Shown: positions 36,651 through 48,939 of the stretch, piece by piece
Numbering within the stretch: the stretch's first letter is position 1
Layout: each line of letters starts with the position of its first letter
Translations under genes and position numbers: made by a program
Notes under the pieces: generated by a model
Seen by the model: only the letters and a program-made list of their open reading frames with translations
Database searches by the model: none
Told to the model about the DNA's origin: nothing
From: Eledone cirrhosa
Lineage: Eukaryota
Assembly: GCA_964016885.1 (NCBI GenBank)
Contig: OZ024745.1
Coordinates: 116,622,001-116,686,000, forward strand
Reading direction: 5' to 3'
DNA: 64,000 bases

Positions 36651-38619
36651 ACTTCAATATCCATTAGAATAATAAATAATTATTGTATTTTAATTTTGAG
36701 TCGGACACTTTGAGACAAATATCAGTCGTTAAAATAGGGCGATTTGTGGTTCTATCACACATCATTGTTTATTTGCATCTTCCCAAGATATGTTTTATAT
36801 TTCCCGAGAATGACACTAGCCTGAATAATTGATAACATCAGTACAAATAACATATTATTGAATTGAAACTTTCCTTCGGTTACAACGATACAAAGGCAAT
36901 TATATAACAGAAAGGAATAAAAATCCATGTAAAGTATAATCAAGAATTAAATAATCAGGTTAATTGACTTTATTATCATATAAACGGCCTTTGTTTAATT
37001 TATGTTCATACATAGTATCCCTGTTTGAGATATAAAATTTTGATCGCATGAGAGCATACCACAGACTACCAGTTTCACAGTATATATGAACAAGTAAATG
37101 AGTCAATAAAAACATTAAAGGAAGTTTGTGAAATCTCATGAGGATATGTGTCATGTGAACTTCCATTACAATTAAATAGTTAATTGTTATAAAGAAATCT
37201 ACAGATGCTAATAAAAATATACAAATATAGGATTTAGAACGTTTCTAGTTATGAATCGTAAATCATGCTGCAAGTTAAATGTGTAAACCTATAACTGTTT
37301 CAAATGAATGAAGCATATGTTGAAACACCATATTTAACTTCTATAAAATTGAAACATTGTCTTTTGTAGCTGGTAAACTTAAATCAGTATTCCCCTTGGT
37401 CCTTGAGAAAATATACAGAGAAATATGTGAGATCTCGGTGGATGTTCTCGACGCCTCGTTACATTTTCTATTTTAAGCTATTTAACCTTATAAGTGCTAC
37501 CCTACGACAATATCAATTCCGTATTTCCTCTCCCTATAAGCAAGCCTCCGATTCCGAATGGCCAACTGTCAGTAGAGGGGCACCAAGGATCCATGACTTG
37601 GATGCAACTCGGCCCCCTCAGAGTATAAGAAATTAAGGGCCGAAACACTCGCTTGAGTGGGGTTTCTCTTCTGAAACCTTCTGCTGTCCAGCTAACCTGA
37701 GAGTTTCTTACCACTGACATATGGCTTCACCATTGGCTTCCAAGAACAGGCCAGATGACGTCCAGGAGAGACCGGGTGGTGCTAAGAAAGACTAGATCTA
37801 CAGGCTCTGTGGGTTAGCACCTCTCTTTGGCTCTATTATATTGCTACAAGTTCCAATAATGAAGGATGCTCCCAGGATTAACCGAAAAGGAAATAGAATA
37901 ACGAATCCACTGTCATCATGTTAACAACCCTAAATTCTCAACGGACTACGATTACTGGACAAATGCCATTCCCATGTGTCTCTGGAATTATATTATCCAC
38001 TGTGCGTGGCATGAAGATCCACCGTACGAAAAAAGGCCGTGCGAGGACTTTGTCGAATGAATAGCAGTGCATTGCTCAAGTATATAAGATGTCTGGAAAT
38101 CTTTGTTTTAACATGGGGTGTTTCATAAACTCCTATTTTAGTATTCAGGCTAGCTTAGTAGAGTGTATTAATCCATATGGTGTATCCAGTGGAGGAGTAA
38201 AACTCAGAACCATGAACTGACAAAATGCTACTGTATACAGTATTGAATAGCTTATACCCTTCCATACCTATTTTCTTTGGGGTAAACTGTGCACATGAAG
38301 GTAAAATTATTTGACTATTGAGGGAGTTTGTGGAAGCAGTTGAACTCCAAATATTTGAACTAGTCGTTTGAAACAAATGAACTACGATATTCGTGTCCTT
38401 CTTTATGCTAGTATATGTATTAAACAATTGTTTTATGTATTGGTGGGTTTTAGATTATTTAATTGTGAACAATAATGACTGTGGTTTCATGCTTTCTATA
38501 GGCCAAACACTGGTTCACGTTATTTCTGACGGTGCAAATAACAAGGAAATGTTACCTGGGTTTCGGTTTCTTACCGATATTGACCGGCGAAAGATATACA
38601 CATATATTCCTATACAACG

Positions 38620-38762
38620 AGCTTTCACGCAGTTTCCTTCTACACGTTATTGGTTAAACCGACCATATGATAAAAGACGCTTGCCTGACGTGCCGCCCAG
38701 CAGAATCGAACCCGGAAGCACGTGGATTTGAAGTAAACTTCTCTGCATCATAACCATGCCTA
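38620..38762 (-). mobile_element. Degenerate tRNA-derived SINE, third family
   Basis: Minus strand GGCATGGTTATG...CCGGGTTCGATTCTGCTG..GGCACGTCAGGCAAG. Confidence 0.55.
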
Positions 38763-38842
38763 CTCTCATAATTAATATGATTTTATCGCTGCACAACAGG
38801 TATTTATTTATTTATCAAATACAAACATATACGATATACATC

Positions 38843-39328
38843 ATATTACACAAATGTTTTCGATAACTCACAGTCCTGCAACAGTCCTCTTAAATTCCAC
38901 ATATCTTACCATACAAGTATTTACAGTGGAGGGTAAGGAGCGGTGTTAGGGTAAAATCATTATTTACGAACGTGATATGGTTAAACTGTTGATATTAGTA
39001 TCACCTCTAATATTACACAAATGTTTTCGATAACTCACAGTCCTGCAACAGTCCTCTTAAATTCCACATATCTTACCATACAGTGGAGGGTAAGGAGCGG
39101 TGTTAGGGTAAAATCATTATTTACGAACGTGATATGGTTAAACTGTTGATATTAGTATCACCTCTAATATTACACAAATGTTTTCGATAACTCACAGTCC
39201 TGCAACAGTCCTCTTAAATTCCACATATCTTACCATACAGTGGAGGGTAAGGAGCGGTGTTAGGGTAAAATCATTATTTACGAACGTGATATGGTTAAAC
39301 TGTTGATATTAGTATCACCTCTAATATT
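38843..39328. repeat. 157-bp tandem repeat, three copies
   Basis: Units start at 38843 (167 bp, 10-bp insertion), 39010 and 39167; otherwise identical by eye. Confidence 0.95.
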
Positions 39329-39355
39329 TTCCTGTTGTTCCTATGTTTACATCAG

Positions 39356-39530
39356 GGTGGTGGTGTTACGGGCAGAAGGTTTTACAGCATTCGTTTCGAC
39401 TCATGCAGACCTGTGTTCAAATTCCACCGAGGTCAATTTTGTCTTTCATCCTTTTGTGTTCGATAAAATAAAGTAGCAGTCAAATACTGGGTCGATGTAA
39501 TCGACTGTTACCACGACATTGTGTTTAAAT
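39356..39530 (+). mobile_element. Degenerate S1-type SINE
   Basis: GTTCAAATTCCACCGAGGTCAATTTTGTCTTTCATCC core. Confidence 0.7.
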
Positions 39531-39905
39531 TAGAATCTCGTTATTAATGTTTAAATGTTCATACTTCTGCAAATAGAAACAAATTGCATGGAATATGCCA
39601 TGAAGGTCGTTTTCTTTTGTATATGGGTATGTTTATATTTACAGTTCTGAATGTGTCTCCAGTTCTTTGACACAGTGACAATAAACTGAACAGCTTCATT
39701 AAGACTAATATTGCACTGTGTTCAGTATTAGTTTGTTAGGAGAAGAGAAGCAAAATAGAAAATATTACTAGTCAACAACAGCAACAAGACAAATAACAAA
39801 TATTTATCAGTAATGCAAACAACAGTCTTTCCTTGGGCAGAGAAAAGAAGGAATCATTAAAATCTGACAAAAATATCGTGTACTTGCAAAGATAAATACG
39901 CAAGA

Positions 39906-40029
<124 letters not shown>

Positions 40030-40205
40030 GATATATATATATATATGGATAGATAGATAGATGCGAGATAAACCACAAACCCTCCATCTCAATTCTACTT
40101 TTGAAAAGCATAAGAACTGTGAAACCGGTAAAGTCAATAAATAAATATTCTTAAAAAGACTATTTGCATTTTCGATTTATTTTCCTTATGTATATATATG
40201 TATAT

Positions 40206-40240
<35 letters not shown>

Positions 40241-40242
<2 letters not shown>

Positions 40243-40972
40243 CAATAAAGGGAGAAGAATACAGATACATACACATCTGTATTCAGATTATAAGGGACCA
40301 AAATTTGTTATGTTGAACAGTATACTAACTATAAACAAAACGGTCTGCCAGACTCAATTAAAAGAAAACAATGGTGACAACTATTGATAACATCCAGACA
40401 GTCTTTGGTAAATTGTTTCACATTAATTGAAGGGTATTACCAATTCTTCTGCTCGTCAGTGGATGTAAGGAATTAGTAAACTCCTTAATTCTAGGTATCT
40501 TACAAGACTAAATGAAATGTGCATTTAGAGTGACGCACATGGCATTCAGAACCCAGCGTGATTCGCAAAAAACCTGTACTGCTAAAAATAGCAGCCTGGT
40601 TTACGGGACGATTATTTAGCTCTACAAAATTAAATTTAAGGAGCCGTACATCAAAGTATATATTGAGTTAGAAACTCATTAAGGTCCATTAAAACTAAAA
40701 TTAGCTCATGGAAAAAAAATTAATTTCCTGACCGTTCAATAAAGAGAGCATGCAGATATGTACTATGTACACATCTGTATTCAGATTATAAGCGACCAAA
40801 ATTTGTTAGTATGAACAGTATACTAACTATAAACAAAGCGGTCAGACAGACTCAATTAAAAGAAAACGATTAAGAAAAAACAAACAGCCCGGAATTTTTT
40901 TTTTTTTTCCTTGAGCTAATTTTAATTGTAATGGACCTTAATGAGTTTCTAACTCGATATATACTTTGATAT
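40241..40972 (-). mobile_element. ORF-less HHR element, family D: about 495-nt unit plus partial tandem and inverted tail
   Basis: 40241-40368 repeated at 40735-40867; 40649-40718 inverted at 40901-40972; starts at (TA)n. Confidence 0.75.
40391..40465 (-). ncRNA. Type I HHR, family D
   Basis: Minus strand: catcca-CTGACGA-gca gaag aattg...caatt aa tgt-GAAA-caattt acca aagactg-TC-tggatg; perfect 6-bp stem I, GUC site. Confidence 0.85.
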
Positions 40973-41451
40973 ATACATTTTTGGAAGCAACAGGGAGCTG
41001 TGTAATTACTTGATAAAGTGTATTTAGAAATAAAAGGAAAGCACAAGCTTTTAACTCTTTCCCTTTCTTTCTCTCCCTCCCCCCCTCTCTCTTTGATATA
41101 TCTATGCTTTGCTTTGTCTTACATTTTTGGGGGTTTCCGGGATTTTTGTTCCTTTATTGTTTTGTATTTTTATATTTATCTCTTTTCTTATCCCTGTATT
41201 TTTGTACTTTTTTATTATTTTTTTATTATTTTCTTATTGTTTCTGATCATGCTGAGTAATACCCTCACTCATCCCTTGCTACCCTCCCCCAACCTGTGTT
41301 TATTTTTATTTTTAAGACATTTTATGACATTATATGCATCATGTATTCTGTCTTCTTCCATATAGCGCTGGCATCGGGACCCCCTGCTGGTCCTTTAACC
41401 TTGTTCTGGTGACGCAGCTCGATGGAGCATGCAACTATTGATATACTCTTG

Positions 41452-41510
41452 TTTATAGGCTCTGATGATTCTTGCCATGGTGTATGGATGAAACACTGTT
41501 AGCTAATAAA
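41452..41510 (+). ncRNA. Type I HHR before (TA)n
   Basis: tttataggct-CTGATGA-ttcttgc catggt gtatggat-GAAA-ca c tg-TT-agctaataaa; terminal 41517-41540 is inverted at 41567-41590. Confidence 0.7.
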
Positions 41511-41535
41511 ACAATGTATTTGGTTATTCCTATAG

Positions 41536-41574
<39 letters not shown>

Positions 41575-41647
41575 TAGGAATAACCAAATATATATATATA
41601 TATTTATATATATATATATATATAGATATATATATATATATATACAT

Positions 41648-42210
41648 ATTGTTATACTTTGGGAGGGTCATTTTGCCAATAAGAAACACAGGCACCAGTT
41701 GCTTTCACTCCAATGTATTATAAATTAAATCATAAATTTAAAAATTTATAAATTTCCGGTTAGTTGGTTGGTTCCACAACTGCACGGTTGTTCATATATT
41801 GTCAAACTGCTTTCGTCACGCATTCTGTGACCTCTTCAGTGACTGGGGATTATTTTCTTTATTTTGTGACTCTCCTTTGTTCTGTCCATCTTGTTTTTGT
41901 GTGTGTTGTCTGCTTAGTTTGCGCATGTGTTTCATCCGGGTGTCTGTGTGTGTTTTTATTTGTTTATTTATTTGTTTATTTACATGTTACTAGTGGTTTT
42001 TTGTTCTATGTGTGTGTATTTTCATTTTTTCCTTAATTGTAAGTTGTGATGTTGCTATTCGATTCATGTTTTCTATTTAATTTTGATTGGAGTTCATTTA
42101 TGTTTATTGCCTCTGTGATTTGTCTCAACATTGCATCTTTTCTGTGTGTAGATTTTATTTTTATTTAGATGTTCTCTAATTTGCCCTTATGTTCTAATTT
42201 AGCATGTTGA
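41648..42210 (-). mobile_element. PLE 3' fragment related to family E
   Basis: Minus strand QHAKLEHKGKLENI*IKI..HRKDAMLRQITEAINI..LNRKHE; GGGAGGGTCA terminus at (TA)n. Confidence 0.75.
41801..41843 (-). ncRNA. Minimal type I HHR
   Basis: Minus strand: gtca-CTGAAGA-g gtcac agaatgc gtgac-GAAA-gcag-TT-tgac; stem III poorly paired. Confidence 0.65.
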
Positions 42211-42214
42211 TCTG

Positions 42215-42590
42215 TGGTGCTTTACCAAGTAGGTTCTGAAAATGTTGGGTTACAAAGGTTTTGTAAGTCTCAGGATTGGTATTCAGAACTGCCCAGTTGT
42301 AAGGAGTAGCATTTGCAGATTTCTTTTTATCCACTCGGAGACCTAATCGTATCTTAGCCGAGACTATGCGATGATCCGAGGCAACACCAACAAATGAGTC
42401 ATATGCTCAGCAGTTTTTTGCGCTGTTCTTCCATTTTCGATTGATTTTGATATAATCCAGTTGTGTCTTGTCGCCATTTGGAGATTTGTGTGTCCACCGC
42501 TGGCCTGGTCTTTTTTGGAATATGGCGTTGAGACATCGTAAATTGTTCTCACACAAGTAATCTTTTAGCATACAATCGTTTCTATTGGTT
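42215..42590 (-). pseudogene. LINE APE endonuclease fragment
   Basis: LNAIFQKRPGQRWTHKSPNGDKTQLDYI...SDHRIVSAKIRL (LDY and SDH motifs), internal stop. Confidence 0.85.
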
Positions 42591-42594
42591 TGTG

Positions 42595-42930
42595 AATGGT
42601 ATGGGAATTTGAATCCATCAACTACTTGGTCGATTCAGGGCTTTACTACCTCGCTCAGAACGCAAATGTAGCCATCGGTGTTCAGCTTGAGGCCCTCAGG
42701 GAAGAAGTGAGGTGACATGACGTCAGCTTGACTGCTGACGACACCTAAGACCAATGTTGTCGCTGGAAACTTTGTCTGCATGACTCTGGGCACGTCTTTG
42801 GATGAGACAGCGAGCCACCTGTTGTTCTGGGAGTTGATCTTCTGGTTTTATTTGTCCTCCCGGCGCGGATTCCAAGAACTCCGTGTCTCTTCCACAAATT
42901 TGGAGGTTCAAAATTATTCATTATCAATTA
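42595..42930 (-). pseudogene. maT/DD37D-like Tc1-mariner transposase fragment
   Basis: KDVPRVMQTKFPATTLVLGVVSS..DVMSPHFFPEGLKLNTDGY and N-terminal WKRHGVLGIRAG. Confidence 0.75.
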
Positions 42931-44099
42931 TTCTGAAAATAAATAATGGAAATATAGTCACTGTTTTTATGAAGACAAGAGTGACAACGGAAGTAAAAAA
43001 AAATTGCATAAAATTAGCAGTTGAAAATTGCGAACAAATATCGTTCACACCCTCTATGGGCATATGTATGTGCATGTGTGTATGTGCATATGTATGTGCA
43101 TGTGTGTATATGCATATACATACATTTATATGTATAAGTATATAAATATAAATGCGCAAGCACAGACACAGAAAAATACACTCACAGATATACATTCACA
43201 CATATACACATTCACACAATCACACACATACATACACAGAATCAAACACACACATTTACACAAGCACTCACACACAGCGTAGCACATGAAACGTCAACAG
43301 CTGTTTTGATACAGTTTTTCACCATCCACTTCCTTCCTTTTACACACACATACATTCACACATAGTGTGATGGACGGAAGTCTCTGAAATTTATATATAT
43401 GTGTGTGTGTGTGTGTCTGTGTTTGCGGGTGTGCGTCTGTGTTGTGTGTGAATGTGTATACGTGTTGTGTATGAGTGTGTTACTGTGTATGTCTGTGTGT
43501 ACGTATATATAGCCTTGTAGAATTAAACATCAAGTATTGAACAAAAATATATTGACATTAGAATTCCTGCAATACAAACATTATACTACTACTACAAATC
43601 CTTATATTTATCCTCCTGTCAAACCTAGTTGATCTGTTACATATAAAATGTTGATCATAAAATCTCTGTTAAAACCACACTTAATATGATCCAATCAATT
43701 TATATGCCATTCAAATATTTGTGGAATAAACAGTTTTTAACATTTAGAGCAAAACATATGAACAGAGTGTTATAGGAGGATTTAAGAACCTCAAATAGCT
43801 AGAAAAAGCGAAAAACGTATATCAAAAGTCAGCCATTAAACACCACACAAAGATATAGAAATAAAATACCGAACAAATGTTGCGGCTAACCATAATTGCA
43901 ATCCCTTCCGTTCATTAAATGTCTAAAAAGCAACAAGTATTTCTAAAAGAGATGAAACGTTTCACGGCCTGAAAGAAATTTCAAAAACTCACCTAAGACA
44001 TGTAGGCAGGAAAGGATACTGACCAAATACCTATGATCTGAAAAAGACATAATATCCTCGTTTCCCTGAGGCTTGGCCTCCGGATATGCGATACACATA

Positions 44100-44402
44100 A
44101 ATGTCGCTGTGGATCCATCATGGACTCTTTCGGCCTCCACCTGCTTTCTTGTTTCCACTGTGCCGTACGCCTTCCACGCCCTGCTGCCCTCAACGAGGTC
44201 ATAAATCATGGCTTGGATGCTGCAGGCTTCCCCTCCCATCTCGAGCCGGTGGGGCTGGACCGAGAGGACGGCAAAAGGCCAGGCGGTATGACTATCTTCC
44301 CGTTCCGCGGTGACAAACTCCTCGACTGAGATGCCGCTTGCAGCGACACTTTCTCCAGCCACAACCTGGTTCAGTCTGCGACTAACCCAGGTTCTGCTTC
44401 AC
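44100..44402 (+). pseudogene. CRE-clade non-LTR fragment (Zn knuckle plus restriction-like endonuclease)
   Basis: CRCGSIMDSFGLHLLSC..R..ALNEVI..LEPVGLDREDGKRPGGMT. Confidence 0.8.
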
Positions 44403-44419
44403 GAGTTAGAATAGCCTCA

Positions 44420-44700
44420 CGAGTTAGAATAGTTCTTCCAGCGCATCTCCCTTACCATCCTCCGGGGAAACGCCTTCTGCATTCTGTCCGCCGGGTCTGT
44501 AGGGAGGCCACCATGTGGGACAGCATTTGCTCACCATACAGAGAGATGGGGAGGGCGAGAGAGATGGAGGCGATGACAGTGAGTGTTCGGCTCTTCCACG
44601 TTCGGACCATATGCTTGTGGTTGTGTTCATTATCTATAAAGTTCATTCTCCAGAACTCTTCTGCTTATCTCTTAAATTCACTCACTGACATACACAAATC
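44420..44700 (+). mobile_element. Family L copy
   Basis: Blocks shared with 2770-2890, 15006-15052 and 28495-28600. Confidence 0.55.
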
Positions 44701-45377
44701 TAAATCGCAACAAAAGATTAAATGATGTATTATCTTATAGACTAACTGCCTGCTTATGCCCACATCACATGTTTTAGAAAGACTTATCATTAACGTCATT
44801 AGCTGAAATATTCACTTCTCCAAATTACAGGACGGATTTAGATTACTAGTTGCAACCCTTACATTAATCATGAACCTATCGCAGGAGATGATTAGCCCTT
44901 GTCATCTCACCAGGGCTTGTACGCTTTGATGTTTCACAAATCTATTCCTGACTAATTGGGGATCAGCCATATTCGATACAATAATTTTAAAATTGGCAAT
45001 TATAGTGCTTAGATTTTTTTTTATTTAGTATATTTAGGCCCATGAAGAATTTTTGTCCGCCCCGCGAACAGATCTTAGGCTAGACGATCCCTAAAAAACT
45101 GCTCTGAATTATTTTACCGGCTAGAGAACACGTCTAGCTACAAGACTCACTTAGCTGAACATAATGTTTTACGCGAGATTAACAAACAATCAAACTCAGA
45201 CAGATATTATCTCATTAAACAATTTACCATTTCTGTCTGTATAATATTGGTAGTAAGGAATGTCATTAAAGCAATATCACATAAAATTCATTGTTCTTCT
45301 TTCAATCCCGGGATTAAGGTAGCCTTCTGGACAGAGCAGAGTAAGGTCGAGCAAATTTGCTATATTTTCATATCAAC

Positions 45378-46545
45378 GCCCGCCTGAGACACTGCATAGC
45401 AATGTGGCCCGCCTGTGAGACACTACATAGCAATGTGGCCCGCCTGTGAGACACTACATAGCAATGTGGCCCGCCTGTGAGACACTGCATAGCTATATGG
45501 CCCGCCTGTGAGACACTGCATAGCTATGTGGGCCGCCGACAAGACACTGCATAGCTATGTGGCCGCCTGTGAGACACTACATAGCAATGTGGCCCGCCTG
45601 TGAGACACTGCATAGCAATGTGGCCCGCCTGTGAGACACTGCATAGCTATATGGCCCGCCTGTGAGACACTGCATAGCTATATGGCCCGCCTGTGAGACA
45701 CTGCATAGCTATATGGCCCGCCTGTGAGACACTGCATAGCTATATGGCCCGTCTGTGAGACACTGCATAGCAATGTGGCCCGTCTGTGAGACACTGCATA
45801 GCTATATGGCCCGCCTGTGAGACACTGCATAGCTATATGGCCCGTCTGTGAGACACTGCATAGCTATATGGCCCGCCTGTGAGACACTGCATAGCTATAT
45901 GGCCCGCCTGTGAGACACTGCATAGCTATATGGCCCGTCTGTGAGACACTACATAGCAATGTGGATCGCCTGTGAGACACTGCATAGCTATATGGCCCGC
46001 CTGTGAGACACTGCATAGCTATATGGCCCGTCTATGAGACACTGCATAGCTATATGGCCCGCCTGTGAGACACTGCATAGCTATATGGCCCGCCTGTGAG
46101 ACACTGCATAGCTATATGGCCCGCCTGTGAGACACTGCATAGCTATATGGCCTGTCTGTGAGACACTACATAGCAATGTGGATCGCCTGTGAGACACTGC
46201 ATAGCTATATGGCCCGTCTGTGAGACACTACATAGCAATGTGGCTCGCCTATGAGACACTGCATAGCTATATGGCCCGCCGACAAGACACTGCATATGTA
46301 GGTGGCCCGCCTATGAGACACTGCATAGCAATGTGGCCCGCCTATGAGACACTGCACAGCTATATGGCCGCACATGAGACACTACATAGCTATATGACCG
46401 CCTATGAGACACTGCACAGCTATATGGCCGCACATGAGACACTACATAGCTATATGGCCGCCTATGAGACACTACATAGCTATATGACCGCCTATGAGAC
46501 GCTGTATAGCTATATGGCCGCCTGTGAGACGCTGTATAGCTACGT
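45378..46545. repeat. 31/30-bp minisatellite, about 38 units
   Basis: Unit GCCTGTGAGACACTGCATAGCTATATGGCCC; 30-bp units after about 46340. Confidence 0.97.
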
Positions 46546-47108
46546 GACCCACACATCCCACGACCCCTGTTCTATCAGATGAAACAGTCTTCAACATACT
46601 TTTTCTCATTTTCTTTTTTGTATGAACACAAATTGGCTCCGAATTTTTACTGACACTTCATAATTTGTTCGTGGTTCCCCATAACTAGATGGCCGTATGT
46701 TTGTGCTAATTTCGTACTCAAGGCTTTCCCCGATATTTCATAGTATGTAAGTTCATCGAACATAAAATTCGATAAAGTAGTTCCTTTCTATACGCCCCGA
46801 TAATTTGATCGCTACCCGTTAGTATTGAGTAACCTCCATAATTGTGTGGAATAATAGTGTATAAACAAAATACATCAAACAAAACAATAATTATGTTTTG
46901 ATTATACTTTCAGGTAAGTGGTTGAGTATATCTAGGTCGTCACAAATAAAGCTTGGTATATATTGTATGAAATCTGTGTATTTTCTTTTTTTTTCTCATA
47001 CGCGTTTGTTTTTATTGTATGTACCTAAATCTGTTCTAAGCGAGCTGACCATAATCCACGTACATTTTACTATTATTTCAGACATACAGTCATGTATATA
47101 TCGCTATT

Positions 47109-47286
47109 TCAGAGCACCAATTCTAATTTTCAATTTTTGCTGGACCGGCAATCGCTCCCTATAATCAATTTCTGATAATTACTGGAATTCTATAAGAATC
47201 CAACATCTATAATTTTCAACAGGCATCAGCGAGTGCTAAGCTCTGATGATTACCCACAGTATGAAACAGATCTGTCAGAGCACCAA

Positions 47287-47293
<7 letters not shown>
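47109..47293 (+). mobile_element. 166-nt retrozyme-like unit with terminal redundancy
   Basis: TCAGAGCACCAATTCTAAT at 47109 and 47275 (166 nt apart); second copy spans the HHR cleavage site and runs into (TA)n. Confidence 0.75.
47234..47282 (+). ncRNA. Intact type I HHR
   Basis: tgct aag ct-CTGATGA-t tac ccaca gta t-GAAA-cag at ctg-TC-ag agca; GUC site after 47276; bulged stem I. Confidence 0.85.
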
Positions 47294-47384
<91 letters not shown>

Positions 47385-47480
47385 AGAGATGCCAACATGA
47401 ATAGACCTGTAATTTTTATCTAAAGACATTTTTTCCAATTCCACCCCGCCTGTCCCTTCAATTTATCTTATTTCTCATTC

Positions 47481-47520
47481 TTTCTTCTGATGAAGGACTA
47501 GCGTCCGAAACGTTAAAACC
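47481..47520 (+). ncRNA. Minimal HHR core
   Basis: CTGATGA-a ggac tagc gtcc-GAAA-cgt-TA; weak stem I. Confidence 0.6.
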
Positions 47521-47754
47521 CTCTTCCGCCTATTTCAAACTAATATATTCCTTCCATATACTGTACCGAATGTCTTGTTATTTCTGTTTACCTTTTACAT
47601 ACATATATAACAGAGTGTTGTAGTTTGCTTGAAGCATTGTTGAATAGGAAATATAAATTTAAATAATTTTAAATTACATACAATTTCCGACCGGACCTTC
47701 ACAGGGATACTCCCTTGATAATGGGTTTTTAAGATATTATAGATATCTAGTATA

Positions 47755-47880
47755 AAGCAATGTATATATATATATATATATATATATACATTGCTTTATA
47801 CTAGACTGTTGTAATACTGCTAAAACTTTAGATATATACATTGCTTTATACTAGACTGTTGTAATACTGCTAAAACTTTA
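47755..47880. repeat. Short inversion around (TA)n plus 50-bp tandem duplication
   Basis: CTAGTATAAAGCAATG / CATTGCTTTATACTAG flank the TA tract; 47783-47830 is repeated at 47833-47880. Confidence 0.8.
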
Positions 47881-48939
47881 GTCTTCATTCTTATTATATA
47901 CCCACATTTAAAACAAACTATTGAGGTTGTATATGGTGTCATATGAGATGGAACATTGGAAACTTCATTATAGCTACCAGAGGTTCTGTTTTCAACTCTA
48001 CTCTAAAGGTCTGAACAAAAGTAGAAACTGAGATAATTCGGTGTAAAACATTAAACCACAATAGTTTTGAAAATAAATTATTATCGTTATAACTCCCCGT
48101 GGAAATTTTGATATGTAATAAAATTGTTTCAAGTTTCTTTGTTTTCCATTTATTCTCCTCACGTCTATAGTATGTTTCCGATGGCTATACTACAAGTCAA
48201 TGGAAAATTTGACATTTGTACAGCACTTCTATTTATGACAGCTGTAATTAAACGTGCTTTACCATTTGTATATTTCTTTCTAACGAGATGTGAACGTCGT
48301 AGAAACCCGTATCTAAATACCGCAAAGTATTTGGTCCGACGCTCTACCGATATTCACAATCCACCATATATATGTATGATAATATAAGATTTGATTAACG
48401 TTTAACAGATTTTTGTCATAGGAACAACTTAGCTCTTGCGGCAGAATTAGAACCATTTCGTCAGAGAGTATGTCAGAAACTGTCTAAATAGCTAGTATCA
48501 TTTCAAGTTCAGTCATAGATTTTCTATTAACGTAAAATTCTAATTTTAGTTTGAACATGATAGCAATTGATAAAAGAAGATTAATGGCTAAATAATGTAT
48601 TGTCACTTAGGAAAAACCTATTGCAATTCGAGATAAGTGACATGTTCAAGAAAATAAGCTATATCTGTAGGGGAATATAAACCTTATCTGATCAATGGAA
48701 CTTTACGTCTCTCGTTAATCATTAAATAATGTCCCACAGTCTATTATTTGTGTTAATCAAAGGAGTAGCAAACTCCGAGACAATAAAAATTAAGCGCAAA
48801 TTAAAACTAAACCAAGTCTAAATGGACTTTATGGAAGATACTTATTAGGAAATGATTTAGTAGAAATGCGAACAGAATCATTGAATAATATGAGAACGAT
48901 AGAAATATTAGTGTATAATAATTGTCGCAATGTTCTCTA

